A DNA stretch of 64,000 nt from Acidobacteriota bacterium. GTDB lineage: Bacteria; Acidobacteriota; UBA6911; RPQK01; JAJDTT01. The translations under genes and the position numbers were made by a program. Shown here one piece after another: positions 8,515-19,400 of this stretch. The notes beneath the pieces were generated by a model. The model was given only the letters and a program-made list of their open reading frames with translations. It searched no databases and was not told the origin of the DNA. The stretch spans positions 5,984,001 to 6,048,000 of the forward strand of contig CBDCJH010000002.1 in the NCBI GenBank assembly GCA_965217775.1, given 5' to 3'. The first letter of the stretch is position 1, and the number at the start of each line of letters is the position of its first letter.

Positions 8515-10944
8515 ATGGACGACCATTCCGAGTCCGAATTCAAGGCGGGAGAAGTCCGGCAATCACCCGGGGAGGGCGTTGGCCGGGAGACCGGAGACGG
8601 TGAGGGACTGGTCTTGGTCTCGGAGCTCCTGCCCGAAGAGATCCCCATATTTCCGTTGGCGGTCCGTCCGTTCTTTCCCGGTCTTCCGGTCCCCATGGAA
8701 TTGAGCGGCGACCAGTTACCGCTCGTGGAGCACGCCGTCGAGTCCTCGAACAAAACCATGGGGCTGGTCCTGGTTCGCAACCCGGAAGCCGGTAGCTCTC
8801 CCGAGAATCTCCACCGCATGGGGGTAGCAGCGAAGATCGTCCAGGCGAGTCAGGCCGAGGACCACAACGCGGCCCATCTGGTGATGAACTGCATCGAGCG
8901 GTTCGAGATCCGGGAAGTCCGTTCGATTTCAGCCGGGATAGTGGCCCGGGTGGAGTACCATCCGGCCCCGGAGCTGTCGGTCAACCCGGAGCTCAAGGCC
9001 TACTCCATGGCCATCGTCTCCACGCTCAAGGAACTGATCAAGCTGAATCCTCTCCAGTCGGAGGCGATCCGCATGTTCCTGAGCCGCTCCACTCTGGACG
9101 ACCCGGGCCGGCTGTCCGACTTCTCCGCCAGTCTGACCACGGCCAGCGGCCCGGAACTGCAGAGGATTCTGGAGACCCTGGACGTCCGCCGGCGCATCGA
9201 CCGGGTCCTGGTCCTGCTGCGGAAGGAATTGGACCTGACTCGCCTCCAGAACAAGATCACCAAGCAGATCGAGAAGAAAATCTCCAGTCAGCAGAGGGAG
9301 TTCTTCCTGCGGGAGGAGTTGAAGGCCATCAAGAAGGAGCTGGGTCTGGAGAAGGAAGGGAAGGACACGGAAATCGAGAAGTTCCAGCGCCGGTTGCGCC
9401 GGCTGCGGCTGAACGAGGAGGCGGAGAAGGCCATCGAGGATGAGATCCGGAAGCTGCAGTTGCTGGAGGCCGCTTCTCCCGAGTATGCGTTGACCCGCAA
9501 CTATCTGGACTGGCTCACCATCCTCCCCTGGAGCCGGTTCAGCAAGGACTCGTACAACCTGAAGCGGGCCAGACGGGTCCTGAACCGGGATCACTACGGA
9601 CTGGAGGACGTCAAGGAGAGAATCCTGGAGTTCGTGGCCGTGGGCCGGATGAAGGGGGACATCACCGGCTCCATCATCTGTCTGGTCGGTCCGCCCGGGG
9701 TGGGGAAGACTTCCATCGGAAGGAGCATCGCCGCGGCGCTGAACCGGAAGTTCTACCGTTTCTCCCTGGGCGGGATGAGGGACGAGGCTGAGATCAAGGG
9801 GCACCGCCGGACCTACATCGGAGCCCTTCCGGGAAAGTTCATCCAGGCCATGAAGACGGCGGGAACCTCCAATCCGGTGATCATGCTCGACGAGATCGAC
9901 AAGGTGGGCACCTCCTTCCATGGCGACCCGGCGTCCGCCCTGCTGGAGGTCCTGGACCCGGAGCAGAACGAGGCCTTTCGGGACCACTACCTGGACGTGC
10001 CCTTCGATCTTTCCCACGTCCTGTTCGTGACCACAGCCAACCAGATCGACACCATTCCCGGTCCGCTCCTGGATCGAATGGAAGTGATTCGCCTTTCGGG
10101 CTACATCCTGGAGGAGAAGCTGGAGATCGCGCGACGTTTTCTGATTCCCAAGAACCTTGAGCATCACGGTCTCAAGAAGGGGCAGCTCAGGATCCACAAG
10201 CTGGCCCTGGCCCGAATCATCGACCACTATGCCCGGGAAGCCGGAGTACGCGGCCTGGAGAACCAGATCAAGAAGATCATGCGCCGGGCGGCCGTGACCC
10301 TCTCCGAGAATGGCGACGGACCCATCGTGGTCCTGAAGAGGAACGTGGAAACTTACCTGGGACATCCCGTCTACGAGGGGGACGAGATCTTCGACGTGGC
10401 GCCGGGCGTCGTGACGGGATTGGCGTGGACGAACCGGGGCGGGGCGACGCTACAGGTGGAGGCCAGCGCCGTCACCGCCAAGAACAAGGGGTTCAAACAG
10501 ACGGGTCAACTGGGAAACGTGATGGTGGAGAGTTCGGAGCTGGCCTACTCCTACGTGAGGGCCCACATGGCGGCGTTCGGAGGCGAGACCGGGTACTTCG
10601 ACCGTCACTTCATCCACCTCCACGTCCCCGCGGGCGCCACTCCCAAGGACGGTCCCTCCGCCGGAATCACCATGGCCACGGCGTTGATCTCCATGGCCAC
10701 GGGCAGGATGGTCCGGAAGGGCTTGGCCATGACGGGCGAGTTGACCCTGACGGGACGCGTGCTGCCCATCGGCGGAGTCAAGGAAAAGGTCATCGCCGCG
10801 CGCCGGGCCGGGTGCAAGACCCTCATCTTTCCCGAAGAGAACGAGAAGGGCTTCCGGGACCTTCCCGACTACCTGAAGAAGGGTCTGGAAGTGCACTTCG
10901 CCCGGGACTACGAAGACGTGTTCCGGATCGCGTTTCAGAACTGA
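8515..10944 (+). CDS. lon: ATP-dependent Lon protease
   Basis: Walker A GPPGVGKTS, GHRRTYIGA, LDEIDK, catalytic KDGPSAG and GGVKEK. Start placed at ATG 8515. Confidence 0.97.
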   Translation: MDDHSESEFKAGEVRQSPGEGVGRETGDGEGLVLVSELLPEEIPIFPLAVRPFFPGLPVPMELSGDQLPLVEHAVESSNKTMGLVLVRNPEAGSSPENLHRMGVAAKIVQASQAEDHNAAHLVMNCIERFEIREVRSISAGIVARVEYHPAPELSVNPELKAYSMAIVSTLKELIKLNPLQSEAIRMFLSRSTLDDPGRLSDFSASLTTASGPELQRILETLDVRRRIDRVLVLLRKELDLTRLQNKITKQIEKKISSQQREFFLREELKAIKKELGLEKEGKDTEIEKFQRRLRRLRLNEEAEKAIEDEIRKLQLLEAASPEYALTRNYLDWLTILPWSRFSKDSYNLKRARRVLNRDHYGLEDVKERILEFVAVGRMKGDITGSIICLVGPPGVGKTSIGRSIAAALNRKFYRFSLGGMRDEAEIKGHRRTYIGALPGKFIQAMKTAGTSNPVIMLDEIDKVGTSFHGDPASALLEVLDPEQNEAFRDHYLDVPFDLSHVLFVTTANQIDTIPGPLLDRMEVIRLSGYILEEKLEIARRFLIPKNLEHHGLKKGQLRIHKLALARIIDHYAREAGVRGLENQIKKIMRRAAVTLSENGDGPIVVLKRNVETYLGHPVYEGDEIFDVAPGVVTGLAWTNRGGATLQVEASAVTAKNKGFKQTGQLGNVMVESSELAYSYVRAHMAAFGGETGYFDRHFIHLHVPAGATPKDGPSAGITMATALISMATGRMVRKGLAMTGELTLTGRVLPIGGVKEKVIAARRAGCKTLIFPEENEKGFRDLPDYLKKGLEVHFARDYEDVFRIAFQN

Positions 10945-11209
10945 CCTTGGCGTCAAGCCACACTGGGGACTGTGGCCGGGTCACTTCGTACTCGATGAGG
11001 TTCTCCCGATCCTCGGCCTGCCGCAAAGCCTCGCGTGTCTCGGCGTTCGGAAAATTCACCGCGAAAGGAAGGTCATGGTGCGAGGTGACATGCTTGTAAA
11101 ACAAGGCGATCGCATCGGTCGGCGACAGCCCGAGCGTGGAAAAGACTTCCTCAGCCTCCTGCTTCAAGTCAGGTTCGACAAGAACGCGAATCATGCCGGT
11201 CTTGGCCAT
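10823..11209 (-). CDS. RelB/DinJ-family antitoxin, orphan, with an aberrant C-terminus overlapping the end of lon
   Basis: MAKTGMIRVLVEPDLKQEAEEVFSTLGLSPTDAIALFY...LPFAVNFPNAET is a DinJ-like RHH pattern; no adjacent toxin ORF. Confidence 0.8.
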   Translation of the reverse strand: MAKTGMIRVLVEPDLKQEAEEVFSTLGLSPTDAIALFYKHVTSHHDLPFAVNFPNAETREALRQAEDRENLIEYEVTRPQSPVWLDAKVSSETRSGTRLRSPGRSALPDPSSGSREGPGSPSRSLRER

Positions 11210-11393
11210 GGAGTTTCTTCTTGTGTTCGAAAGCGTATCACAACCGGGGAGCAGGTCGGCGTTACTTTGACACGGGCTGTTAAGGATGAATGGAGAACGC
11301 CGGAACATACATCGGGTGGTTTCGACGTTCTTGCCGAGAGAGGTCTGTCAGCCAGTAGCGATGGTCGGGCCCGCGCGCGCCCCCGATCTCGTT

Positions 11394-12845
11394 CTAACGG
11401 AACCGGATCGAGTAAAGATCCGCGTCTTTCAACACGAACCGCAGTCTGACGGGCTTTCCGGCGATCCGTCTCAGGGGCTTGTCGGAAGTAGCGGCAGCCA
11501 GATCCCGTTCCCAGCGGACGACGTGCTCGATCTCGTCTCCCCAGATCAGGGGGGACTCCTCCAGGCCGAAGCTGGGGAGGACCTGGCCTTTGGCGTCCTG
11601 GATCTCCACGTGAATGCTTCCCGCCGCCGAGGTGGCGAAGTTCAGCACCAGGTTGGAGCCTTCGAAGACCAGAGGCTTGGTCACGAACTCACCGCCCCCA
11701 TGACCCGCGTGCATGGAGACGAAGCCGTCGGTGCGCAGCACCATCCGCTCCAGGTAGATGCTGGGGGCCTTGTAGTTGCGAAGCATGTAGAGGGAGAGTT
11801 CGTCGGGAGCGGTGGCCACCGTCCCTGCCGCCAGGAGATTGTTCCGGTTGAGCCAGTTCCTGGGGTCCCGGCCCGGACGGACGAATGCTTCCAGGAACCG
11901 GTGCCAGTGATAGCCGTCCCGGCTGGACATTAGCACCGCATCCGAAACACCCGACCGGGGAGAGTCGGGGTATTGATTGCGCCAGGGATGAAAACGCTTG
12001 GGAAAGCCCAGGAAGATATGGGGAGCCCGGATGTACGGGGCTGTGCCGTTGGTGTAGAGATGCTCCAGCGGCGCGTCCCCGAAATCGCCCCATTCTCCGG
12101 CGGTCCAGTTCAGAAAGTCGTCGGACTCGGCGATCTTGATGGTGCGGACGCCTTCGGTGAAGTCCCGGTAGATGGCCAGGTAGCGGCCCCGCACGTGATC
12201 CCAGACCGGGATGTTCAGGGAATCGAAGGCTCCATCGCTGATGACCGGCTCTTCCTGCATCTTCTCCCAGCGGAAACCGTCCGCCGATTTGAGGGCCAGC
12301 AGGGGTCCGCTGCACAGTGCCTTGAAGCGTTCCGATTCCGGCACTCCCGGTTTGGGGTCGAGCAAGGGAGCCAGGTTGTGAGTGCCCTTGCCGGTCCAGA
12401 CGATGTTGTTGTCCCGCGAACCGTTGAACTCGTAGATGCCGACGGAGGGGCGTTCCCAGCTAATTCCGTCGGAACTTACCAGGACACACGCGACCTCGGG
12501 ATGTTTCTGGATCACTTCCTCACGCGCCGCGAGCATCGAGGGAGGCGTCGCAGTGGGGTCGCTGCTGCCCCGGTAGTACATGAGATAGCGGTCGCCGTCC
12601 TGGAACACGGTGGTGTAGAAGCAGGTGTTCCCCTCCCACGGCTTGTTGAGCTCCAGAAATTTACCCGCCGAAACGGGAGCATGAAGGCGCTTCGTCACCC
12701 CTTGCGTCCGTTCGATCAGGAAGTCGTCGACGAACAGTTCCAGCCGGGAGCCCAACTGCAACGGTTCGTGGCCTTTCGCCTCCAGCGCCATCGATGCGGC
12801 GCCGATCAGGACCCACAGGGACAAGAGACTGAAGACTCGCGACAT
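11394..12845 (-). CDS. Secreted hypothetical protein, glycosidase-like beta-propeller
   Basis: Signal peptide, ELFVDD, repeated Asp-box-like SxDGxxW motifs and C-terminal RLRFVLKDADLYSIRF. Confidence 0.7.
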   Translation of the reverse strand: MSRVFSLLSLWVLIGAASMALEAKGHEPLQLGSRLELFVDDFLIERTQGVTKRLHAPVSAGKFLELNKPWEGNTCFYTTVFQDGDRYLMYYRGSSDPTATPPSMLAAREEVIQKHPEVACVLVSSDGISWERPSVGIYEFNGSRDNNIVWTGKGTHNLAPLLDPKPGVPESERFKALCSGPLLALKSADGFRWEKMQEEPVISDGAFDSLNIPVWDHVRGRYLAIYRDFTEGVRTIKIAESDDFLNWTAGEWGDFGDAPLEHLYTNGTAPYIRAPHIFLGFPKRFHPWRNQYPDSPRSGVSDAVLMSSRDGYHWHRFLEAFVRPGRDPRNWLNRNNLLAAGTVATAPDELSLYMLRNYKAPSIYLERMVLRTDGFVSMHAGHGGGEFVTKPLVFEGSNLVLNFATSAAGSIHVEIQDAKGQVLPSFGLEESPLIWGDEIEHVVRWERDLAAATSDKPLRRIAGKPVRLRFVLKDADLYSIRFR

Positions 12846-12927
12846 GGGGCACCTCCTTCGTTCTGCCGGAGCATAGCAAAGGGCACGTTGCCGGTAAATG
12901 ACGGGTTCGATCAGCGGCGACTCCGGT

Positions 12928-13755
12928 TCAGCTCCGGTTTGGAGAATGCTGGTCCCGGCGCGTGGGAATGGGATTGGACTTCAGCTCCAGGGTCAGATCC
13001 ACCAGGCCCTGCACGGCCGCCTCCAGGAACTTCTCTCCCTTCTCCCGCGTGGCCAGCGTGGCGTCTCCCATGACGCCGCTGGCGGTGAGGGCGCTCCAGT
13101 AGGGCATCAGATTGGCCGAGGCGCTTCCTGCGATGCCGCCCGACAGCAGGTCGAACCGAAAGCTGGACGACATGGGGGAGCGTTCGTCGACGGCCTTCTC
13201 CATCTGCACCAGCTCGGGCTTGAGCGCCAGATAGAGGGAGGTCTCGAACTCACAGGCGTGGGAGGTTCCGCCGAAGTCGGACTCCCTGATTTTCTTGCCT
13301 ACTTCCTTGACCTTGCCCAGCCCCCAGTGATTCACCGACGCGCACAGAATGCGTCCTTCGTATTCCAGAATGGAGAGCCGGGCCGCCAGGTCCAGAGGCG
13401 AGGTGTTGGAGCCGTGCCCGTTGACGATGAGGATCCGCCGGAATCCGTGGTGGGCCAGACTGCAGCAGACGTTCTTCACATAGCGGATGAAAACGTCCCA
13501 ATCGATAGTCAGGGTCCCGTGAAAATCCATGTGGTGGGGGCTGTAGCCGTGCGTCACGGCGGGCGCCAGCACTGCCTCCTCGGGAATCCGGGCGACGGCG
13601 CGTTCGCAGATCTCGGTACAGAGTCGAACGTCCACGTCCACCGGGAGGTGGGGGCCATGGTCCTCATACGTCGCCACTGGCAGGACCGCCACGCGGTCGC
13701 AACGGGCCGCTTCCTTGATCTCATACCAGATCATCTCGGCAAACCGGTATTTCAT
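12928..13755 (-). CDS. Creatininase-family amidohydrolase
   Basis: EDHGPHLPVDVD, GYSPHH, NGHGSN and HACEFETS. Start placed at MKYRF. Confidence 0.92.
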   Translation of the reverse strand: MKYRFAEMIWYEIKEAARCDRVAVLPVATYEDHGPHLPVDVDVRLCTEICERAVARIPEEAVLAPAVTHGYSPHHMDFHGTLTIDWDVFIRYVKNVCCSLAHHGFRRILIVNGHGSNTSPLDLAARLSILEYEGRILCASVNHWGLGKVKEVGKKIRESDFGGTSHACEFETSLYLALKPELVQMEKAVDERSPMSSSFRFDLLSGGIAGSASANLMPYWSALTASGVMGDATLATREKGEKFLEAAVQGLVDLTLELKSNPIPTRRDQHSPNRS

Positions 13756-13877
13756 CTCTTCCTCCTTCTGGTTCAGCTGTCCGATGCCGGATTCCACCAT
13801 CCGATAGGACCCGGTATCAAGAGTCGAATCATCAACATCGTAGTAGACTGGGTCCGAAAGCAGACTGGAGGACCCCG

Positions 13878-14927
13878 ATGACCATCTCAAGCGCCCGTCT
13901 TCCGTTTTTCTCGTTGTTCCCCCTGGCTCTGTTCGGATGCACCTCAGAGGAGCAGGCACCGCGCACCGAGCCTGGAGTCGTCGAGGCCAGCGCTCCCAAA
14001 CCGGCTGCGGCCGCTGATGTCAAACTTCTACCCAACAAGAGCCGGACGGGACCCATCGTCTATAACAAGGTCGGCATCGTCACGATGGACGCCAAGCCCT
14101 GGGAATTGGAGTACAACTACGGGCGTCTCGAGTCGTACGTCCGGGAGGCCGCCCGCAGGGGAGCTGAAGTGGTGGTGGCGCCCGAGGCCGTCCTGGACGG
14201 CTACGTCTGCTATGCCGCGCCCGGCGTCACCCGGGAGAGGATGATGGAGGTGGCGCAGAGCCTGCCCGACGGGCCGTACATTGTGCGGGCTCGGCGGCTC
14301 TCCCGGGAGTTGGGAATCTACCTGGTATTCGGGTTCCTCGAACGGTCGGGGAAGGATCTGTTCAACAGCCTGGTCATGACCGATCCTCAAGGGGAGATCC
14401 TCGCCAAATACAGCAAGGTCCACGTGGGAGGCGAGTCCTACATCACTCCCGGCCGCGAGCTGAAACCGTTCGATACGCCGCTGGGACGGATCGGTTTCCT
14501 CATCTGCATGGACCGGACCGTTCCCGAGAACATACGGACCTTGGGTGTGCAGGGCGTCGAAACGGTCTTCCTTCCCATGGACGGAGGGGGCGGACCCGAA
14601 AATACCAAGAGGATGGCTCGCTACGCCGCCGAGAACGGCTGCTGGATCATCATCGCCAACACCTGGAGCGCAGCCATCATCAGTCCGCGCGGAGACGTGC
14701 GCCTGGAGAAGTACGAGAACGAAACGGTGAGCATCGGCCGGGTGACCCCATGGGAGGTCCCGCGGGGACTGGACCGAAGCACCATGGTCAAACGCCGTCC
14801 CGATCTGTACGGTCCTCTCCTGAAGTCCTACGAACCGGTCCGCTGGTACGATGACGAGGGCTACCCCACGGCCTGGGCCGAGGCCCAGAGGGCCAAGCAC
14901 CGGCAGGACATCAGCACCTCCAAGTAG
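13878..14927 (+). CDS. Carbon-nitrogen hydrolase (nitrilase superfamily), probable lipoprotein
   Basis: Lipobox-like LFGC; catalytic triad motifs APE, YSKVH and LICMD. Confidence 0.88.
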   Translation: MTISSARLPFFSLFPLALFGCTSEEQAPRTEPGVVEASAPKPAAAADVKLLPNKSRTGPIVYNKVGIVTMDAKPWELEYNYGRLESYVREAARRGAEVVVAPEAVLDGYVCYAAPGVTRERMMEVAQSLPDGPYIVRARRLSRELGIYLVFGFLERSGKDLFNSLVMTDPQGEILAKYSKVHVGGESYITPGRELKPFDTPLGRIGFLICMDRTVPENIRTLGVQGVETVFLPMDGGGGPENTKRMARYAAENGCWIIIANTWSAAIISPRGDVRLEKYENETVSIGRVTPWEVPRGLDRSTMVKRRPDLYGPLLKSYEPVRWYDDEGYPTAWAEAQRAKHRQDISTSK

Positions 14928-14931
14928 GCCG

Positions 14932-16341
14932 GTGGCGACTCCGTCTGTGCGAGATCAAGGGGAATCCGGACCGGGCCTGCGCCGGGCCCTGGGGCCGGGC
15001 ATGGCTCTGGCCATCGTGGTGGGAAACGTCATCGGTTCGGGAATCTTCCTGAAGCCGGGGAGCATTGCCGCCGAAGCCGGGGACTTCCGCCTGATCCTGT
15101 CGGCCTGGCTGGTGGGCGGCGCCGTCTGTGTCCTGGGCGCACTCTGCTTCTCGGAGCTGGCCGCCATGCTGCCCCGCGCCGGGGGCCTCTACGCCTTTCT
15201 CAAGGAGGCCTACGGTAAACCCGCCGGCTTCCTCTTCAGTTGGAACGAGTTCCTCTTCAACCGGCCCGCCAGCATCGGAGCACTGTCGGTGGCTTTCGCT
15301 GGCGCTCTCGGCCTCTCGATGGGCCGGACCCTGACTCAACTGGAGACCATCGTCCTTGCCCTGGGCCTCATCCTGCTTCTGACCTGGGTCAACATCCGGG
15401 GCGTTCTCTGGGGGGGATGGGTGCAGGGCGGCACGACTTTGGTCAAGGCCTCCTTCCTGGGACTGGTGGCGCTGCTGCCGTTTCTCATGACCCCCATTAC
15501 CGAGACCGGGATCGACTGGGCCAATTACAGCTCCCGCGTGGAGCCCTCTGGAGAAATGGCTTCCGGCACCCGCTTCGGCCTGGTGCTGCTCTCGGTCATG
15601 TGGGCCTACAACGGCTGGCACGGAATCACGCCGGTGGCCGAGGAGGTGCGGAACCCGGAACGCAATCTCCCCAGGGCCATGTTCGGCGGCGTCGGTGTGC
15701 TGATCGTGCTCTATGTCTCCGCCAATATCGCCTATCACGGAGTACTCTCGATGGAAGAGATGGCTGCCGCGGGTCCCCACGCCGCCGAGACCATGGTGGC
15801 TGCCCTGCTGGGGCCGTTCGGCGCCGCGGCCATGGCGGCCGTCGTCATGTGCAGCACCTTCGGCGGGATCAACAGCAACCTTCTTCTCTCCACGCGGATC
15901 CCGTTCGCCCTGGGCCGGGACCGCCTCCTGGCACCCGTATTGGGAAAGGTCCACGCCGCCTACCGCACTCCCTTCGTCGCCATCATCGTGCAGGCCGTCA
16001 TGGCGGCTCTCCTGGTGGTCGTCTCCGGGCTGCTCATCGAATTTCTGGGCTGGTCGGGAGAAAAGACCATCTTCCAGATCCTCACCGACTTCATCATCTT
16101 CGCCAACAGCATCTTCTACGTCCTGGCCGCGGCCGCTCTGTTCATCCTCCGCCGCAAACGGCCCGGCTGGAAACGGCCCTATCGGACCTGGGGATACCCC
16201 GTGGTGCCGGTGCTCTATCTCGGCTTCTACTTCTGGTTCCTGACGCAGGTGTATCTGGGAAAGCCGTTCGAGGCCAGTGCGGGAGTCGTCCTCATCAGCA
16301 CCGGCATTCCGGTCTACTGGATCCTGCGCCGGGGCCACTGA
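14932..16341 (+). CDS. APC-family amino acid permease
   Basis: IGSGIF, ELAAMLPRAGG, AYNGW, EEVRNPERNLP and RPYRTWGYP; many hydrophobic segments. Start uncertain (GTG 14932 or ATG 15001). Confidence 0.92.
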   Translation: MATPSVRDQGESGPGLRRALGPGMALAIVVGNVIGSGIFLKPGSIAAEAGDFRLILSAWLVGGAVCVLGALCFSELAAMLPRAGGLYAFLKEAYGKPAGFLFSWNEFLFNRPASIGALSVAFAGALGLSMGRTLTQLETIVLALGLILLLTWVNIRGVLWGGWVQGGTTLVKASFLGLVALLPFLMTPITETGIDWANYSSRVEPSGEMASGTRFGLVLLSVMWAYNGWHGITPVAEEVRNPERNLPRAMFGGVGVLIVLYVSANIAYHGVLSMEEMAAAGPHAAETMVAALLGPFGAAAMAAVVMCSTFGGINSNLLLSTRIPFALGRDRLLAPVLGKVHAAYRTPFVAIIVQAVMAALLVVVSGLLIEFLGWSGEKTIFQILTDFIIFANSIFYVLAAAALFILRRKRPGWKRPYRTWGYPVVPVLYLGFYFWFLTQVYLGKPFEASAGVVLISTGIPVYWILRRGH

Positions 16342-16405
16342 AGCGGGAAAGGCGTGCAAGGAGCGGGGACCGGAGTCACCTCAATACAACTAACGATTTT
16401 CTTTT

Positions 16406-19400
16406 TTATGCCACCCTCGAAGATGCTATTAATCGGGCGCGAGCATGAAACCAGGAGTCTATCGGTAATATTCTCTCTATCTCATCAAGATGATCGAGGA
16501 ACATCCGCAAGCATTTTTTGGGGTGAGGAGGTAAATGGGTCGCGATAATGGCCAATCTCTCCTCAAGCCATTTGAACCACACATCATGCGTTTCATGCGC
16601 GGCAGCGGCTTGAAACATAATCTGGAGAATAATTTGGATAGCTTTTTCTTCGGGAATTCTCGGGACGATCCTGATAACTGCATCCGAGATCCCATCTGCC
16701 AACATAGTATCGCGGTTCGCGGCTGCGACGATGCTGGCCAAACCTAAAAGCTTCCACTTCTCATGCGGCTCGGAATCGGAGTTATTTTCCGCTATTTTTT
16801 TTACAGCTTGCAGTGCGTATTCTATTTCCGGTTCGCCCAAAGCAAAAGACTGAGAAGCTATACTGAGCAGCTGCAAAAGGAATAGTTCACTTCTAGCCGT
16901 CGATTTTTCTCCAAGTTTAACGATGATCTCCTGTGGAACCGGTTTCTTTGGTCGCCTATGACCTTCAAGGGGGCCGGGGAAGAATCCAAAGGCAAACGTT
17001 TGTCCATGATCCTCGTCCCGAACAAGTGCATGAGCTATATCTTCCGACCTCGGTACTTGGTGCCCCACGCGTTCGTGACGGGATTTGAGGATATAGAGGC
17101 GGCCGAGTATTTCATTTCGCAAAGCCTGTGTTGATGATATGCGGTGTGCAAAGAGCATCGGCTCCTTCCTAGCACTTACTAGGTTCGAATAGAAACCGGC
17201 CACTGCCATGTTGTCGCCAGCCCATTCCTGAAGCGCGTCGGCATCGATTGAAGGATTTAAACTTGTTAGGGCTCGGGCAATCAGCCCAGCCTGCATCCAT
17301 GCGCACATCCGTTTCCAATAGCCGGGGTAATTCGATCCGTTTTCCAGAAGATTGATCCGGTTGAGCACAAAGTCCGCGAGGATCGGAAGAAGCCTATATA
17401 AGTTAGGACCATCCTGTTGTCCAAGTTGTTTGTCCAAAAGCGTGGCAACAGCCTCGGCAGAGAAGTCTCGAAACCGATGGTCTCCTTGTCGATACAGCGC
17501 GATGTCGAGGGCACCCAACAACGAGAACGGGTTGCTTTCGACGTCACATGAAGACACTACATCCCAAACGAGATCATCGTTAATGGTGGTACACCATAGT
17601 CCCGGTGTCAGGTCGTCCCGTAATGCGCCTAGGCAACAGATATCGAGCCCTACTCGCACATCTCGGTTCAAAAGTGCCTTCCGGTAGGGAACGAGAACTT
17701 CGTGAAAATATGATTCAGGTTCCCGCAAACCAGGTGCCGGGCCAGCATATTGCTCAAAATAAGAAAACGATTGTGGAATGATGTCTGCAACATTGAAGCC
17801 TCCCCCACGATTGATTTTTTGGATAAAGGTGGCTTGAAGGGCCGCGGCCCCATTAGCAGACTCATTGAATATAGTGGAAAGCTCTTGGTCGTTTGCCTCA
17901 CGGGCTTCCATGTTTGTGAGCAACCCTTGGAGGTCCGGGGCAGTTGGTCCGAATTGTTCAATCAGACTCCGAAGCGCGGCAATCCGCGCTTTTCGATTGG
18001 GTGAAAGTAGCGCCAATTGGGGAAACTTTGCCCGGTGGGGAACGGACTCGGCGTCGGACCACTTAACGACTATGTTCTGGTCTCTCATATCTAGGCCGAC
18101 TAATAATTCCCTCCCAGCAACGCCTTGAACAGATCTCTCTTTACTAGTAGCCAAGACTTCCCTCGCTGCCGCAAACAGCTCGCTGTTTACCAATTGGATA
18201 TTTGATCCTATTTTAAAGATCTGTCTTGTCTCAAAACCACTTCGCTTCGCGAACTCCGCATCTTGGGCAATAACTACTCTGCGAGCGGCCTCTGGCAACC
18301 GGTCCAGAAAAAGATTTCCGTATCTTTCTTGATCGTTTTCAAGGCCTGAAATCGACTCGCGGGCGGAGGTAAGCGCCTTCTCGATGATGCTCTTATTGGC
18401 GGGTCGCAAGGCCTCAAGGACGGATTGGTCGATCCAGTGAGTGTAATGTACTCGGCGATCTTGCGGGAGGATAGCCGTTGGCAAAAGTAGATTCCCTAAA
18501 CGCAGAGGTATCAGTTCTCGGAGCCAAGCCGTATAGTCACCATGTTCGAAATGTTCATGACCCAAAATCGCTTTCATCATCAGATGGCACCAAACCCAGT
18601 CGGATAGCGCCATTGTTCGTTCGATAGTAAGGGATGAATCTTGCCACAAGTGCTCGATGGCGGTGCCAATAGCGCAGTGGATGTTAGCGGACAATGCCAT
18701 CATTTCTTTTGTGGCAGCCAAGCTGAGGGTGTCAATGTGAGTCACGGCCTGACGGAGAATTCTCAGTTCCGCGCTCTCTTTCAATTTGCCGTCGTCCACC
18801 GTCGCCGACTCCAACCAATGCATCAACTCGTCGGATTCAATCGGGACGAAGACAAAACCGCTCTGTCGGAGCTTGTGCCGCGCGATCCAGTGGTCGGCAA
18901 TACTAATGCATCCGCGAGAAACGAGGTAACGCAATATATCCAATACGCATACAATGGGGATTGATTGTCCAGTACGGTTGGTAATGACCGGGTGACTGTT
19001 GATGTAGCGATCATCGATAGAGAGCGCATCACAGGCAGCTTTGCCTGCCAGCACAGATGCCGTTGCTTGGAATCGAATCTCATGCTTCTGAACCCGCTTG
19101 TCCCGCTCGACGGCGCGTGGTAGGAAAGACGCCGTTCCGGAGCTCAGCGCATTTCGCAAGATATCGCTAATCCGTTCTATCTTTTTCACGGATTCACGGC
19201 CCACATCACCTGCGTCGATGAGCGTGTGTATTTCGTCTAGAATGTCTGGATGGATCCGCATGTCCAGCCCACTGGCAGCTAGTGGCTCCAATAAGCTGGC
19301 GCTTTGCAGGTAGGATAGAGCAAGTCCCTCTACGTAAATGGGACCGTTGAGGACCGAAGCTGGGAGATTCGCGTGCTGTGATTGACCCTTGCCGCGCAAG

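Noticed and set aside
8929-10365. Long antisense ORFs (also 2880-4115, 14911-16359, 49316-50734, 60921-62153)
   Set aside because: Typical high-GC shadow frames opposite well-supported genes, with no recognisable motifs.
16342-16405. attC site or terminal repeats flanking the giant gene
   Set aside because: Only short AACGA(T/A) similarities to the 23870-23890 region; no RYYYAAC...GTTRRRY pairing, convincing IR or TSD.
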